A stretch of DNA of 63,166 bases, counting the filler, from Octopus bimaculoides (taxonomy: Eukaryota), in NCBI RefSeq assembly GCF_001194135.2. It is 6 parts of 5 records of this genome, joined end to end, with 100 filler letters (N's around TTAATTAATTAA, not from the genome) between each part and the next. Parts side by side here need not be neighbours in the genome. Positions count along the whole stretch, not along the records: positions 1 to 10,450 come from NC_069010.1; positions 10,551 to 18,917 come from NC_069006.1; 4 more parts are not named here. One strand, given 5' to 3'. Each line of letters opens with the position of its first letter. The first letter of the stretch is position 1. This document shows positions 1 to 10,869 of this stretch, piece by piece. A program made the position numbers and the translations under genes. Below the pieces are notes generated by a model, which saw nothing but the letters and a program-made list of their open reading frames with translations, had not been told where the DNA came from and ran no database searches.

Positions 1-293
1 ATGTGTCGCCTGCACATGAGCCAGTCCAGGTGTACTGGCATCGATCCCGCTCGAAAGATTTCATGTGTCTCCGCACATGAGCCAGTCCAGGGGCACTGGC
101 AACGATCCCGCTCGAAAGATTTCATATGTCTCCACACATGAGCCAGTCCAGGGGCACTGGCAACGGTCTCGCTCGAAAGATTTCATGTGTCGCCCGCACA
201 TGAGCCAGTCCAGGGGCACCGGCAATGACCTCGCTCGAAAAACCTCATGTGTCACCCGCACAAGACCCAGTCCAGGGGCACTGGCAACGATCC
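1..293 (+). repeat. Minisatellite, ~4.8 copies of a 61-62 bp unit derived from an internal segment of SINE family D
   Basis: Unit ATGTGTCGCCYGCACATGAGCCAGTCCAGGGGCACTGGCAACGATCYCGCTCGAAAGATTTC repeats at ~1, 63, 125, 186 and 247. The same core occurs once at ~7730-7785 in a family D element. The array may extend upstream of the window. Confidence 0.9.
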
Positions 294-444
294 CAGACAA
301 TAAAAATATCTGCAGAAGCAACAACAACAACAGAGGCAAGAATGGGGGAAATAACAACAACAACAACAACGATAATGCCAAAGACAAAAGCGGTTATGGT
401 AGAAAGAATAGCAACAACAAGAACTATAGCAACAGCGACATCAG

Positions 445-1410
445 CAAGCTGGTAGAAACGTTAGCACACCAGGCGAAATGCTTAGCGATATTTCGTCTGC
501 CATTAAGTTCTGAGCTCAAATTCCACCGAGGTCGACTTTGCCTTTCATCCTTTTGGGGGTCGATAAATGAAGTACCAGTTGTGTATTGGGGTTGATGTAG
601 TTGACTTTGCCTTTCATCTTTTCGGGGGTCGATAAATTAAGTACCAGTTGTGTATTGCGGGTCGATGTAATCGACTTAATCCCTTTGTCTGTCCTTGTTT
701 GTCCGCTCTATGTTTAGCCCCTTGGCAATAAAGAAATAAGAAACGTTAGCATACCATGCGAAATGCTTAGTGGGTATTTCGTCTGTCTTTACGTTCTGAG
801 TTCAAATTTTGCCGAGGTTGACTTTGCCTTTCATCCTTCCGGGGGTTGATAAATTAAGTACCAGTTGTGTATTGGGGTCGATCAAATCGCCTGGCCCCCT
901 CCGCAAAAATTTCAGCCCTTGTGCCTAGAGTAGCAAAGAATATTTAAAGGTAGCAAGCTGGCAGAAACGTTAGAACTCTGGGCGAAATGCTTAGTGGTAT
1001 TTTGTCTGCCGTCAAGTTCTGAGTTCAAATTCCGCAAAGGTTGACTTTGCCTTTCATCCTTTCGGGGGTCGATAAATTAAGTACCAGTTGTGTATTGGGG
1101 TCGATCAAATCGACTTAATCCCTTTGTCTGTCCTTGTTTGTCCCCTCTATGTGGGCAATAAAGAAATAAGAAACATTAGCACACTGGGCAAAATGCTTAG
1201 TGGGTATTTCGTCTGTCTTTGCATTCTGAGTTCAAATTCTGCTGAGGTCGGCTTTGCCTTTCATCCTTTAGGGGTCGATAAATTAAGTACCAGTTGTGTA
1301 TTGGGGTTGATCAAATTGCCTGGCCCCCTCCACCAAAAATTTCGGCCCTTGTGCTTAGAGTAGAAAAGAATATTTAAAGGTAGCAAGCTGGCAGAAACGT
1401 TAACAAGCTA
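445..1410 (+). mobile_element. Tandem array of family B tRNA-derived SINEs (alternating 3' variants)
   Basis: Repeated GGCAGAAACGTTAGCAC...GAGTTCAAATTC (B-box-like)...GACTTTGCCTTTCATCCTTTCGGGGTCGATAAATTAAGTACC (resembles a Deu/Nin-type central domain). Copies at ~445, 741, 951, 1171 and 1374, plus a partial duplication at ~600-740. Confidence 0.85.
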
Positions 1411-2033
1411 GGCAAAATGCCTCCATCCACAGCGTTCAGTTAAGTAGTAAACAGAAAAAAACATAACAGGAATAACAGTTACAAAAACAGAAACACTAAA
1501 GAGTAAAAAACAGAAAACCAAACAACTGTAATAATTGCAGTAAGAAGAGAAATAATATATGCAGTGAAAACTGATACACAACAAGGTCTAGGAAAACAAC
1601 CAAATCATTACATCCGAAACAGAAAAACAAGTACAACAGAATAAAACAGAAATGAATCAAACAGCAATATTAGTTTTAAAAAACTGAAGACATACAACAA
1701 TAATAGCAAAAATAATTAAAACGGCGAACGTAATCACAAAGCTAAAAACTGAGAATAAAGCATGAAACAAATGCACAAATCAAAACAGTAATGATACACA
1801 AACACATAAAAGGTGCAAGAAAACAGAAAAAAACTAATGCAAAAACAGTCAGAAGAACAGAAATAAAGCAAACTGACAAAAGAGAACTAGAAAAACAGAA
1901 ATGAAACATAGATGGAAAAAAGCAAATACACAAATGCAAGAATATAAACAGCTCTGAAAACAGAAATAAAGCACATGGATAAGGTAGCAAGAAAACAGAA
2001 AAGAACGAAAAACAAAGACAACTAAAAGACAGC

Positions 2034-2193
2034 TGGAGTGGCTGTGTGGTATGTAGCTTGCTTACCAACCACATGGTTCCGGGTTCAGTCCCACTGCGTG
2101 GCACCTTGGGCAAGTGTTTTCTACTATAGCCTCGGGCCGACCAAAGCCTTGTGAGTGGATTTGGTAGACGGAAACTGAAAGAAGCCCGTCGTA

Positions 2194-2236
<43 letters not shown>

Positions 2237-2440
2237 TTGTGTGTCTGTGTTTGTCCCCCCACCATCGCTTGACAACCGATGCTGGTGTGTTTACGTCCCT
2301 GTAACTTAGCGGTTCGGCAAAAAGAGACCGATAGAATAAGTACTAGGCTTCCAAAGAATAAGTCCTGGGGTCGATTTGCTCGACTAAAGGCGGTGCTCCA
2401 GCATGGCCACAGTCAAATGACTGAAACAAGTAAAAGAGAG
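2034..2440 (+). mobile_element. Family A SINE, full length (tRNA-like head, CORE-like body, internal (TA)n)
   Basis: GGCTGTGTGGT (A-box-like), GGTTCAGTCCC (B-box-like), GCACCTTGGGCAAGTG, internal (TA)n, 3' GACTGAAACAAGTAAAAGAG. About ten related copies occur in the window. Confidence 0.9.
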
Positions 2441-2774
2441 TCAAGAGAATCAGAAAGTGGAGCTGTTATGTAACACAAAGAAGAGAGATTGCCTGTGTCC
2501 TACAATTTGGACATGGCACTTAAAGGGCAAAGTAACTGAGATTTCTTGGTGATGTAATGAGGAAAAGGGCCTGGAGAACTTAGTGATGGCTGGAAAGACT
2601 GAAGGGAAAAGAGACGGAGGAAGGAGAAGAACGATATGGATGTCAAGGCTGGTGAAGTAGTTGGAAGGGAAATGGAATTAAACATCAGGAAGTGGAACTG
2701 TAACAGAAAACAACGAAGAGAGAATTGTACCAGGATATGATGCCTGTGTCCTACATTCTGGACATAGCAGCTGG

Positions 2775-3015
2775 AAGAAGGAGGAGGAGGGGGAGAAGAA
2801 GAAGAAAAATAGGAAGAAGAAAAAGGAGGAGGAGAGGAAGAAGAAGGAGGAGGAGAAGAGGAAGAAGGAGAAGAAGAAGAAGAAGAAGGATGTGAAGAAG
2901 AAGATGAAGGAGGAGGAGGAGAAGAAGAAGAAGAAGGATGAGAAGAAGGATGAGGAGAAGAAGAAGAAGGATGAGAAGATGAAGAGGGAGGAGGAGGAGA
3001 AGAAGAAGAAGAAGT
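2775..3015. repeat. Degenerate (GAA/GAG)n microsatellite
   Basis: Visible directly in the sequence. Confidence 0.9.
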
Positions 3016-3279
3016 AATGATATACTAAAATTGCAACAGTCTAGGACAGTCATAGCTGCCTCTCCTAGAAAAGTCTCAAAACTTCTGGAATGTTCCTCGT
3101 ATACAAAGAAAGGGATGATTGTGGATGGAATATGGAGTTTATGAGAGGTCTGGTGGACCAGATGTAGCCTAGGGTTAAACAACAACAACAACAGTAGAAA
3201 GGAACTGAATGGCATCAAATAACAGGAATATTTTTATAGATTAGGCTTTTTCTAACAAATATTACAGACAAAACAAGAT

Positions 3280-3471
3280 GACAACCACAGAGTTAACCCC
3301 ACCCCAAGCACCACCACCACCACCACCACTACTAGCATTATCATCATCATCGTTATCACCATCACTGTCACCTCAACTATCACAGCTATCATCATCATCA
3401 ACATCACCACCACTGTCATCACCACCAGCATCATCATCATCACCATCATCACCACCACCATAACCATCACC

Positions 3472-3503
<32 letters not shown>

Positions 3504-3880
3504 TACCTCTATTCCACCACTGTACCACCACCACCAACAACAACAACAGCAACAACTACACCACCACCACCACCACCACCACATACCACCACTGCTGCAT
3601 GCATCCACTGCCGTTGTCACCACCACCGCTACACGTCTACCACCACCATTGCCGCCGTCCCCATCATTAACACTACCAACATCAATAATGACACCACCAC
3701 CACCACTACTAGCATTATCATCATCATCATCACCATCACTGTCATCTCAACTATCACAACCATCATCATCATCATCATCATCACCACCACCATAACCACC
3801 ACCACCACCACAAGTACTACTGCTAACAGCAACAATAGTAGTAATAACAACAAAACCAACAGCAACAACAACAACAGACA
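3280..3880. repeat. Degenerate (CAC/CAT/AAC)n tract with an internal ~385-bp-period duplication
   Basis: The block CACCACTACTAGCATTATCATCATC...CACCATCACTGTCAYCTCAACTATCAC occurs at ~3320 and ~3700. Confidence 0.8.
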
Positions 3881-4285
3881 TTAAGCCAAATGGTATTAAA
3901 ATGCCAAAAGTGACACAAAGCATGCTTTTAGCTGAAATACGAACACTGAACTACCACCCATACCACATACATACCACACATACCACCATCTATGCTTTCA
4001 CCTATACAACTATTGTTTAGATTGCCATCAACTATGCTGCTTACATAGGCTACCAGCATCACAATGCCACATCCCTCCCTCCCCCATCATCATCATCATC
4101 GTCTTCAGTTGTACAAACTACTACTACCACCACCACCACCGCCACCACCTCTGCTATCATAATCTTCCCTCTATTGTCAGTTCTCCATTATGATCACCAG
4201 GCATGGCTGTGTGGTAAGAAGCTTGCTTCCTAACCATATGCTTCTAGGTTCAATCCTATATTCATACATACATACATACATACAT

Positions 4286-4669
4286 TTGTTGTTGTTGTTG
4301 TTGTTGGCACTCCGTCGCTTACGACTTCGAGGGTTCCAGTTGATCCGATCAACGGAACAGCCTGCTCATGAAATTAACGTGCAAGTGGCTGAGCACTCCA
4401 CAGACACGTGTACCCTTAACGTAGTTCTCGGGGGATATTCAGCGTGACACAGTGTGACAAGGCTGACCCTTTGAATTACAGGCACAATAGAAACAGGAAG
4501 AAAGAGGGAGAGAAAGTTGTGGTGGAAGAGTACAGCAGGGTTCGCCACCATCCCCTGCCGGAGCTTCGTGGAGCTTTAGGTGTTTTCGCTCAATAAACAC
4601 TCACAGCGCCCGGTCTGGGAATCGAAATCGCGAGTCCGCTGCTCTAACCACTGGGCCATTGCGCCTTCA
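4286..4669 (-). mobile_element. Family C tRNA-derived SINE with (AAC)n tail
   Basis: Minus-strand head GAAGGCGCAATGGCCCAGTGGTTAG...TTTCGATTCCCAGACC. The body matches copies at 9196, 10551 and 20740. The tail reads (TTG)n on the plus strand. Confidence 0.9.
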
Positions 4670-4706
4670 CACATGCATACATACATACATACATACATAT
4701 ATACAT

Positions 4707-4994
4707 ATATATTCTATAAAGGATTGTGGGTAAGGCCAGAACAATGCAAAGTAAATGCAAGGCAAATCACCAGAAAACAAATATATGAATTAATGTAGAC
4801 TTACATTGCATTCACACAATTTCACACACAAGCACATCAGCAACATTCATTAATTTCTTGAAAATGGGATCATAACCCTGAAATATTGAATGCAAGGTAA
4901 GTCTGTATTAATTTATATATTTGTTTTCTTGTGATTTGCCTTGCATTTACTTCTCATTGTTCTGGCCTTACCCACGACCCTTTATGCAATATAT
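4707..4994. mobile_element. MITE/foldback element with ~108-bp inverted arms
   Basis: 4707-4814 is the imperfect reverse complement of 4887-4994 (e.g. GTGGGTAAGGCCAGAACAATG / CATTGTTCTGGCCTTACCCAC), with a ~72-bp spacer. Confidence 0.8.
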
Positions 4995-5007
4995 TCTACA
5001 CTATGCT

Positions 5008-5105
5008 TCATAGTAATTATTCCATTATATATTCATAGTAATTATTCCATTTTATATTCATTGTAATTATTCCATTTTATATTTATTATAATTATTCTAT
5101 TATAT
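5008..5105. repeat. 25-bp AT-rich minisatellite, ~4 copies
   Basis: Unit TTCATAGTAATTATTCCATTWTATA. Confidence 0.85.
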
Positions 5106-5270
5106 ATATATAAACAAAATTGTCCAATGAATGGGAACGTGAAATTCTGAGTAACAGATTTTGTGATATTTTCGCTACTTTTTGATAAAACATATTACTC
5201 TGCCTCTGGTATTTGAGCACAATTTTTTCCACCTTGTTTTGCATTTATGTTCTTACTCTGCTATATATAG

Positions 5271-6065
5271 GTGCAGGAGTGGCTGTGTGGTGAGTAGCTT
5301 GCTTACCAACCACATGGTTTCAAATTGAGTCCCATTGCGTGGCACCGTGGGCAAGTGTCTTCTACTATAGCCTCAGGCCGACCAAGGCCTTGTGAGTGGA
5401 TTTGGTAGACAGAAACTGAAAGAAGCCCGTCTTGAAATCGCAATTGAACCATATTCAATGACTGGCATCTGTGCCAGTGGAACACTAACAGCACCGTCCG
5501 AGCGTGATCATTGCCAGAGCAGCTGTCTGGCTTCCGTGCTAGTGGCACGTTAAGAAAATCATTTGAACGAGGTTGTTGCCAGTGCCGTTGGACTGGCTCC
5601 TGTGCAGGTGGCACATAAAAAACACCATTTTGAGCATGGCCGTTGCCAGTACCGCGTGACTGGCACGTAAAAGCACCCACTACACTCTCAAAGTGGTTGG
5701 CCTTAGGAAGGGCATCCAGCTGTAGAAACTCTGCCAGATCAGATTGGAGCCTGGTGCAGCCATCCGGTTCACCAGTACTCAGTCAAATCGTCCATCCCAT
5801 GCTAGCATCAAAGGCGGACATTAAACGATGATGATGATGATGATGTATGTGTTTGTGTGTCTGTGTTTGTCTCCCCAATACCACTTGACAACCGATGTTG
5901 GTGTGTTTATGTCCCTGTAACTGAGCAGTTCGGCAAAAAGAGACCGATAGAATAAGTACTTCGCTTACAAAGAATAAGTCCTGAGGTCGATTTGTTCGAC
6001 TAAAGGCTCCAGCACGGCCTCAGTCAAATGACTGAAACAAATAAAAGAATAAACGAATAAAAGAA
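5271..6065 (+). mobile_element. Family A SINE interrupted by a family D insertion at 5432-5845
   Basis: The 5' half ends GAAAGAAGCCCGTC (5431) and the 3' half resumes TGTGTTTGTGTGTCTGTGTTTGTC (~5848). Other family A copies carry (TA)n at this position. Confidence 0.85.
5432..5845 (+). mobile_element. Family D element (RTE-type 3' tail ending in (GAT)n)
   Basis: Contains GGAAGGGCATCCAGCTGTAGAAACTCTGCC...CCCATGCTAGCAT...GGACATTAAACGATGATGATG. It is the reverse complement of the copies at 7467 and 62930. Confidence 0.8.
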
Positions 6066-6074
6066 TATTTGATG

Positions 6075-6580
6075 ATTTCTTCATCTTGGGAGATGATAGC
6101 CGTCCCATCAAGACACACAGCACACTCCATCACACAGCTCACTCCATCACACAGCTCACTCCATCACACAGCTCACTCCATCACACAGCTCACTCCATCA
6201 CACAGCACAATCACTCCGTCGATGAGCCCTCAGATGACTTTTAAGACCAGATGCTGACTGACAGGGTTCAAAACACAAGTGACAGATATTATTCAAGTTT
6301 CTTCTATATCTTTGCCCTTTGGAATCTGATTCTGAAGAAATGATTTTGTGAACTAGTATATGTCTTTTTAAGTCCAGATATTGTCTTACAAGTTTTGTGA
6401 CATATGACACCAAGTCGTAAGACGTGGTTGGTGTCCAAGATCATTACCTATCTGGGCATTACGATTTTCATGTAACTTCATATGGTTTACGTATTCTACT
6501 TTTGACAACAGAACACGGTCACATATAATACATATCCAATGTTCACCATTGATTACAGTTCCAATTGTTCCTTTGCAACA
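6075..6580 (-). mobile_element. 3' end of a probable RTE-clade LINE ORF2 with three degenerate C2H2 zinc fingers
   Basis: Manual translation gives WICIICDRVLLSKVEYVNHMKLH, then CVICHKTCKTISGLKRHILVH (after removing two 1-bp insertions), then CHLCFEPCQSASGLKSHLRAH (6284-6222). Linkers are ~20 aa and not TGEKP. The last finger fits the terminal CxxC..C.S..GL.SH.R.H motif of RTE ORF2. Confidence 0.65.
6114..6215. repeat. 17-bp minisatellite (4 perfect and 2 partial copies) starting at the stop of the zinc-finger frame and extending into the putative 3' UTR
   Basis: CACACAGCTCACTCCAT at 6131, 6148, 6165 and 6182. Confidence 0.9.
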
Positions 6581-6582
6581 GA

Positions 6583-6990
6583 TTTTTTTTACTTGTTTCA
6601 GTCATTCGACTGCGGCCATACTGGAGCACCGCCTTGAAGGGACTTTTAGTTGAAGAAATTGACCCCAGGACTTATTCTTTGTAAGTCTGGTACTTATTCT
6701 ATCGGTGTCTTTTGCTAAACCGCTAAGTTACGGAGACATAAACACACTGGCATTGGTTATCAAACAACAGTGCGGGAACACGAACACACACTCACACACA
6801 CACACACACATACACACACATACACATACACACATTTATACATATATATATATGATGGACTTCTTTCTACTTCATTCTACCAAATGCACTCACAAGGCTT
6901 TGGTTGACCCAAGCTTATAGAAGACACTTGCCCAAGGTGCAACGCATGGTTGGGAAGCAAGCTTCTTACCAAACAGCCAGGCCTGCACCA
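6583..6990 (-). mobile_element. Family A SINE
   Basis: Reverse complement of the 2034-2440 element, with small deletions. Confidence 0.85.
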
Positions 6991-7396
6991 ATAGCCACAG
7001 CTGCACCTATATATACATACATACAAGCATACATACATACATATATATATATAATCATATAATCTCCACATAATTAAATCAATGGCTAACTAGCCTAATT
7101 GACTTGCTTCTTGTGTTTGTTTCTCCATTCTCCACTTAATTATAATTATAAACAGCAGTTTAAACGATAAATTACCTGCCTCTGGATACCTTCTAACAAA
7201 GAAGGTACCCACACAAGTAATCCCCTGGTTGCTTAGATACTTCAGACTACCCCTATATAAAGGGAATAATTCATTTTTGGAATGGTGAATCTTGAAGCAG
7301 ACAAAACTATAAATAATAGCTAGTAAATATTGGAATAAAATCTGCTTTGGATGGAGAAATTCAAAGGTTGCTTATGTTAATATATAAATATTTATA

Positions 7397-7463
7397 AGGC
7401 AGCGAGCTGGCTGAATCTTTCGCTCACTGGGCAGAATGCTAAGCGACATTTCATGTCTTCACA

Positions 7464-7502
<39 letters not shown>

Positions 7503-8150
7503 GTTTAACGTCCTCTTTCCATGCTAGCATGGGTTGGATGATTTGACTGAGGACTGGTGAAACCAGATGGTTACACCAGGCTCCAATCTGATTTGGCAGA
7601 GTTTCTACAGCTGGATGCCCTTCCTAACGTCAATCACTCAGAGAGTGCAGTGGGTGCTTTTACGTGTCACCCGCATGAAGGCCAGTCAGGCGGTACTGAC
7701 AACGGCCATGCTCAAAATGGTGTATTTTATGTGCCACCTGCACATGAGCCAGTCCAGGGGCACTGGCAACGATCTCGCTCGAAAATCCTTACACATGTCA
7801 TGGGCACACGTGCCAGAAATGCGACGCTGGGCACAGGTGCCATCCCGATTTTGCTTTCGCTTGCCCCAATAAGTCTTCGCAAGCTGAGTTTCGTGTCCAA
7901 TGAAGGAGACGACGTTGGCATGGGTGCCAGTCATCGAATTTAGTTCGATTTCAATTTCACTTGCCTCAAAAAATCTTCGCAAGTGGAGTTTAGTGCCCAA
8001 TGAAGGAAAGATACGCATAAGTGGGCTGGCATTCTGAGTTCAAATTCCACTGAGGTCAATTTGCCTTTCATTCTTTTGGCGGGGGTTGATAAAATAAATA
8101 TCAGTCAAACTTCTGCCAAAACTGCTGAGCTTGTGTCAAAATTTGAAATC
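7397..8150 (+). mobile_element. Family B SINE split by a family D insertion
   Basis: 5' part at 7397-7466; it resumes as ATTCTGAGTTCAAATTCC at ~8031. CATTC is duplicated at 7462-7466 and 8030-8034. Confidence 0.75.
7467..8029 (-). mobile_element. Family D element, longest copy in the window
   Basis: (CAT)n tail at 7467-7502 followed by the conserved GTTTAACGTCC...GCTAGCATGGGTTGG body. The 5' region has two ~105-bp-period repeats (TCTTCGCAAG...CCAATGAAGG). Confidence 0.85.
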
Positions 8151-8349
8151 AATATATAACTATCTAAGTAATAAGCATGTGTGTATGTATCAGATTGAGT
8201 TGAGAAGGGGGTAACGGTAGCCTGTTGTGGCACACACAGTGTAGGTGGGTGGAGTGTGGTGTCAAAAGATTTCTATCTAAAACAGAATGTACATCGTATC
8301 TGTCTGAGATACTTAGTGACGTCATATGAGAGTAAGATGGCGGCTGTTT

Positions 8350-8400
8350 GGTTGGCATATACATACATACATAAATACATACACACACTCACACAAACAC

Positions 8401-8453
<53 letters not shown>

Positions 8454-8545
8454 GGTATGTATAAGTCCATACAAATACATGTGTGTATATATGAATGTAT
8501 ATGTTCTTATATATACGTGTCTGTATACAGAAATGAGTATGATTA

Positions 8546-8583
<38 letters not shown>

Positions 8584-8668
8584 CATGTACATATGTACAT
8601 AGATATACATATATGTATGTTTGTATATGTATATTTGTGTGTGTGTGTCAGTATGTAAGTGTGTGTAT

Positions 8669-8717
<49 letters not shown>

Positions 8718-8721
8718 CATA

Positions 8722-8791
<70 letters not shown>

Positions 8792-8870
8792 CATAGATGT
8801 GTGGATGTGTGTATATGTACGTAGACATGTGTGTGTGTATGTGCATGTGTCTGTTTACACATACTCATAC
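8350..8870. repeat. Compound (CA)n/(TG)n/(TA)n microsatellite block
   Basis: Visible directly in the sequence. Confidence 0.95.
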
Positions 8871-9195
8871 ACACCTACATGTACTTGGTGAACGGAAACA
8901 TGAAACTAGCCGTTGTAATTTGTGAAATTTTCAGTTTCAAATTAAACAAAAAATAAAAATTGAATGCGTACACGTGAGTATATGAGTAAGTATGTATTTG
9001 AGTGTGTGTGTGTGATTGTGTGAAAGTGTGTGTGTCTGTGTACAGGTAGTTGTATTTGGATACACAGTGTCAGGCTAAAAATCACGAAGTATAAAAATGC
9101 GGTCTGAACTATAGCGGAAGCTAGCGGATTATGTCCACAGAACACAATAAGCAGTCGGTCTGACGTCAAGCCTTTTGGCCTTACACTCTGCTTTT

Positions 9196-9770
9196 GTTGT
9201 TGTTGGCACTCCGTTGCTTACAACGTCGAGGGTTCTAGTTGATCCGATCAACGGAACAGCCTGCTCGTGAAATGAACGTGCAAGTGGCTGAGCACTCCAC
9301 AGACACGTGTACCCTTAACGTAGTTCTTGGGGGATATTCAGCGTGACACCGTGTGACAAGGCTGACCCTTTGAATTACAGGCACAACAAAAACAGGGAGT
9401 ACGAGTGAGAGAAAGTTGTGGTGAAAGAGTACAGCAGGATTCGCCACCGTCCCCTGTGAAATTAACGTGCAAGTGGCTGAGCACTCCACAGACACGTGTA
9501 CCCTTAACGTAGCTCTCGGGGATATGCAGCGTGACACAGTGTGACAAGGCTGACCCTTTGAATTACAGGCACAGCAGAAACAGGAAGTACGCGGGAGAGA
9601 AAGTTGTGGTGAAAGAGTACAGCAGGGTTCGCCACCATCCCTTGCCGGAGCCTCGTGGAGCTTTAGGTGTTTTCGCTCAATAAACACTCACAACACCAGG
9701 TCTGGTAATCGAAATCGCGATCCTATGACCGTGAGTCCGCTGCCCTAACCAATGGGCCATTGTGCCTCCA
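9196..9770 (-). mobile_element. Family C SINE with an internal ~190-bp tandem duplication
   Basis: The segment GTGAAATKAACGTGCAAG...GAGTACAGCAGG occurs at ~9266-9450 and again at ~9457-9630. Confidence 0.9.
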
Positions 9771-9934
9771 CCTTACACTCTGCAAATCAGTGAGAAAGAA
9801 CAGACATTAGAACCCTCCACTGTTCTATGATTCAGCAGATCCTGTCAAACGAGTCAGCTCTAACCTTTGTGGAACACGAAGGTTAAATAAAGATGATGAT
9901 AAAGATGTAACAATGCACATTTATTCTTTTATTC

Positions 9935-10360
9935 TTTTATTCTTTTACTTGTTTCAGTCATTTGACTGCAGCCATGCTGGAGCAGCAGCTTAGAGGAGTT
10001 TTTTTTTTTAGTCAAAGAAATTGACCCCAGGACTTATTCTTTGTAAGCCTAGTACTTATTCTATTGGTCTCTTTTGCCAAACTGCTAGCTTGGCGGGCCT
10101 TAAACACACCAGCATCAGTTGTCAAGCAATGTTGGAGGGGGGGGGGAACACAGACACAAAGACACAGTCATATAACCCTCTCCTCCCTCACACACACATA
10201 TACATATGACAGGCTTCTTTCAGTTTCCATCTGCCAAATCTACTCAGAAGGCTTTAGTTGGCTATAGTAGAAGACACTTACTCAAGGGGCCACACAGTGG
10301 GACTGAATCCAGAACCATGTGGTTGGGAGGCAAGCTTCTTATTAGACAGCTGCACCTGCT
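9935..10360 (-). mobile_element. Family A SINE (diverged)
   Basis: TACTTGTTTCAGTCATTTGACTGC...AGAACCATGTGGTTGGGAGGCAAGC. Confidence 0.8.
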
Positions 10361-10450
10361 CCTATATATACACACAAATATAACCACGTGTTTATATATC
10401 TATGTATGTATGTATACATGTATCTATGGAAGTATATGTCTATATATATA

Positions 10451-10550
10451 NNNNNNNNNNNNNNNNNNNNNNNNNNNNNNNNNNNNNNNNNNNNTTAATT
10501 AATTAANNNNNNNNNNNNNNNNNNNNNNNNNNNNNNNNNNNNNNNNNNNN
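10451..10550. other. Assembly gap placeholder: 44 N + TTAATTAATTAA + 44 N (linker also at 18962, 31849, 39265 and 49183)
   Basis: An identical 12-mer palindrome with TAA in all six frames sits in the centre of five 100-bp gaps. Confidence 0.95.
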
Positions 10551-10869
10551 GCTCGTGAAATTAACGTACAAGTGGCTGAGCACTCCACAGACACGTGTAC
10601 CCTTAACGTAGTTCTCGGGGATATTCAGCGTGACACAGTGTGACAAGGCTGACCCTTTGAATTACAGGCACAACAGAAACAGGAAGTAAGAGTGAGAAAA
10701 AGTTGTGGTGAAAGAATACAGCAGGGTTCGCCACCATCCTCTGCTGGAGCCTCGTGGAGCTTTAGGTGTTTTCGCTCAAAATACACTCACAACGCCCGGT
10801 CTAGGAATCGAAACCGCGATCCTATGACCGCGAGTCCGCTGCCCTAACCACCGGGCCATTGCGCCTCCA
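10551..10869 (-). mobile_element. Family C SINE (3' tail lost in a gap)
   Basis: Near-identical to 4360-4669; the tRNA-like head is intact. Confidence 0.9.

Noticed and set aside
61-595. 108-176 aa ORFs at the window start
   Set aside because: They are read-throughs of the SINE-derived minisatellite, (AAC)n and a SINE; no domain is recognisable.
2440-3240. Minus-strand peptides with LLCPLSAM, faintly like the DIRS recombinase LCPVRAL motif
   Set aside because: Only one short motif matches, with no supporting RT, RNase H or recombinase motifs.
5120-5160. CCAATGAA...GTGAAATTC as a possible decayed hammerhead
   Set aside because: The core is too divergent and no stems can be drawn.
10495-10506. 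Recurrent TTAATTAATTAA motif (five times, always amid Ns)
   Set aside because: It is always centred in exactly 100-bp gaps and has stops in all six frames, so it is an assembly linker, not biology.
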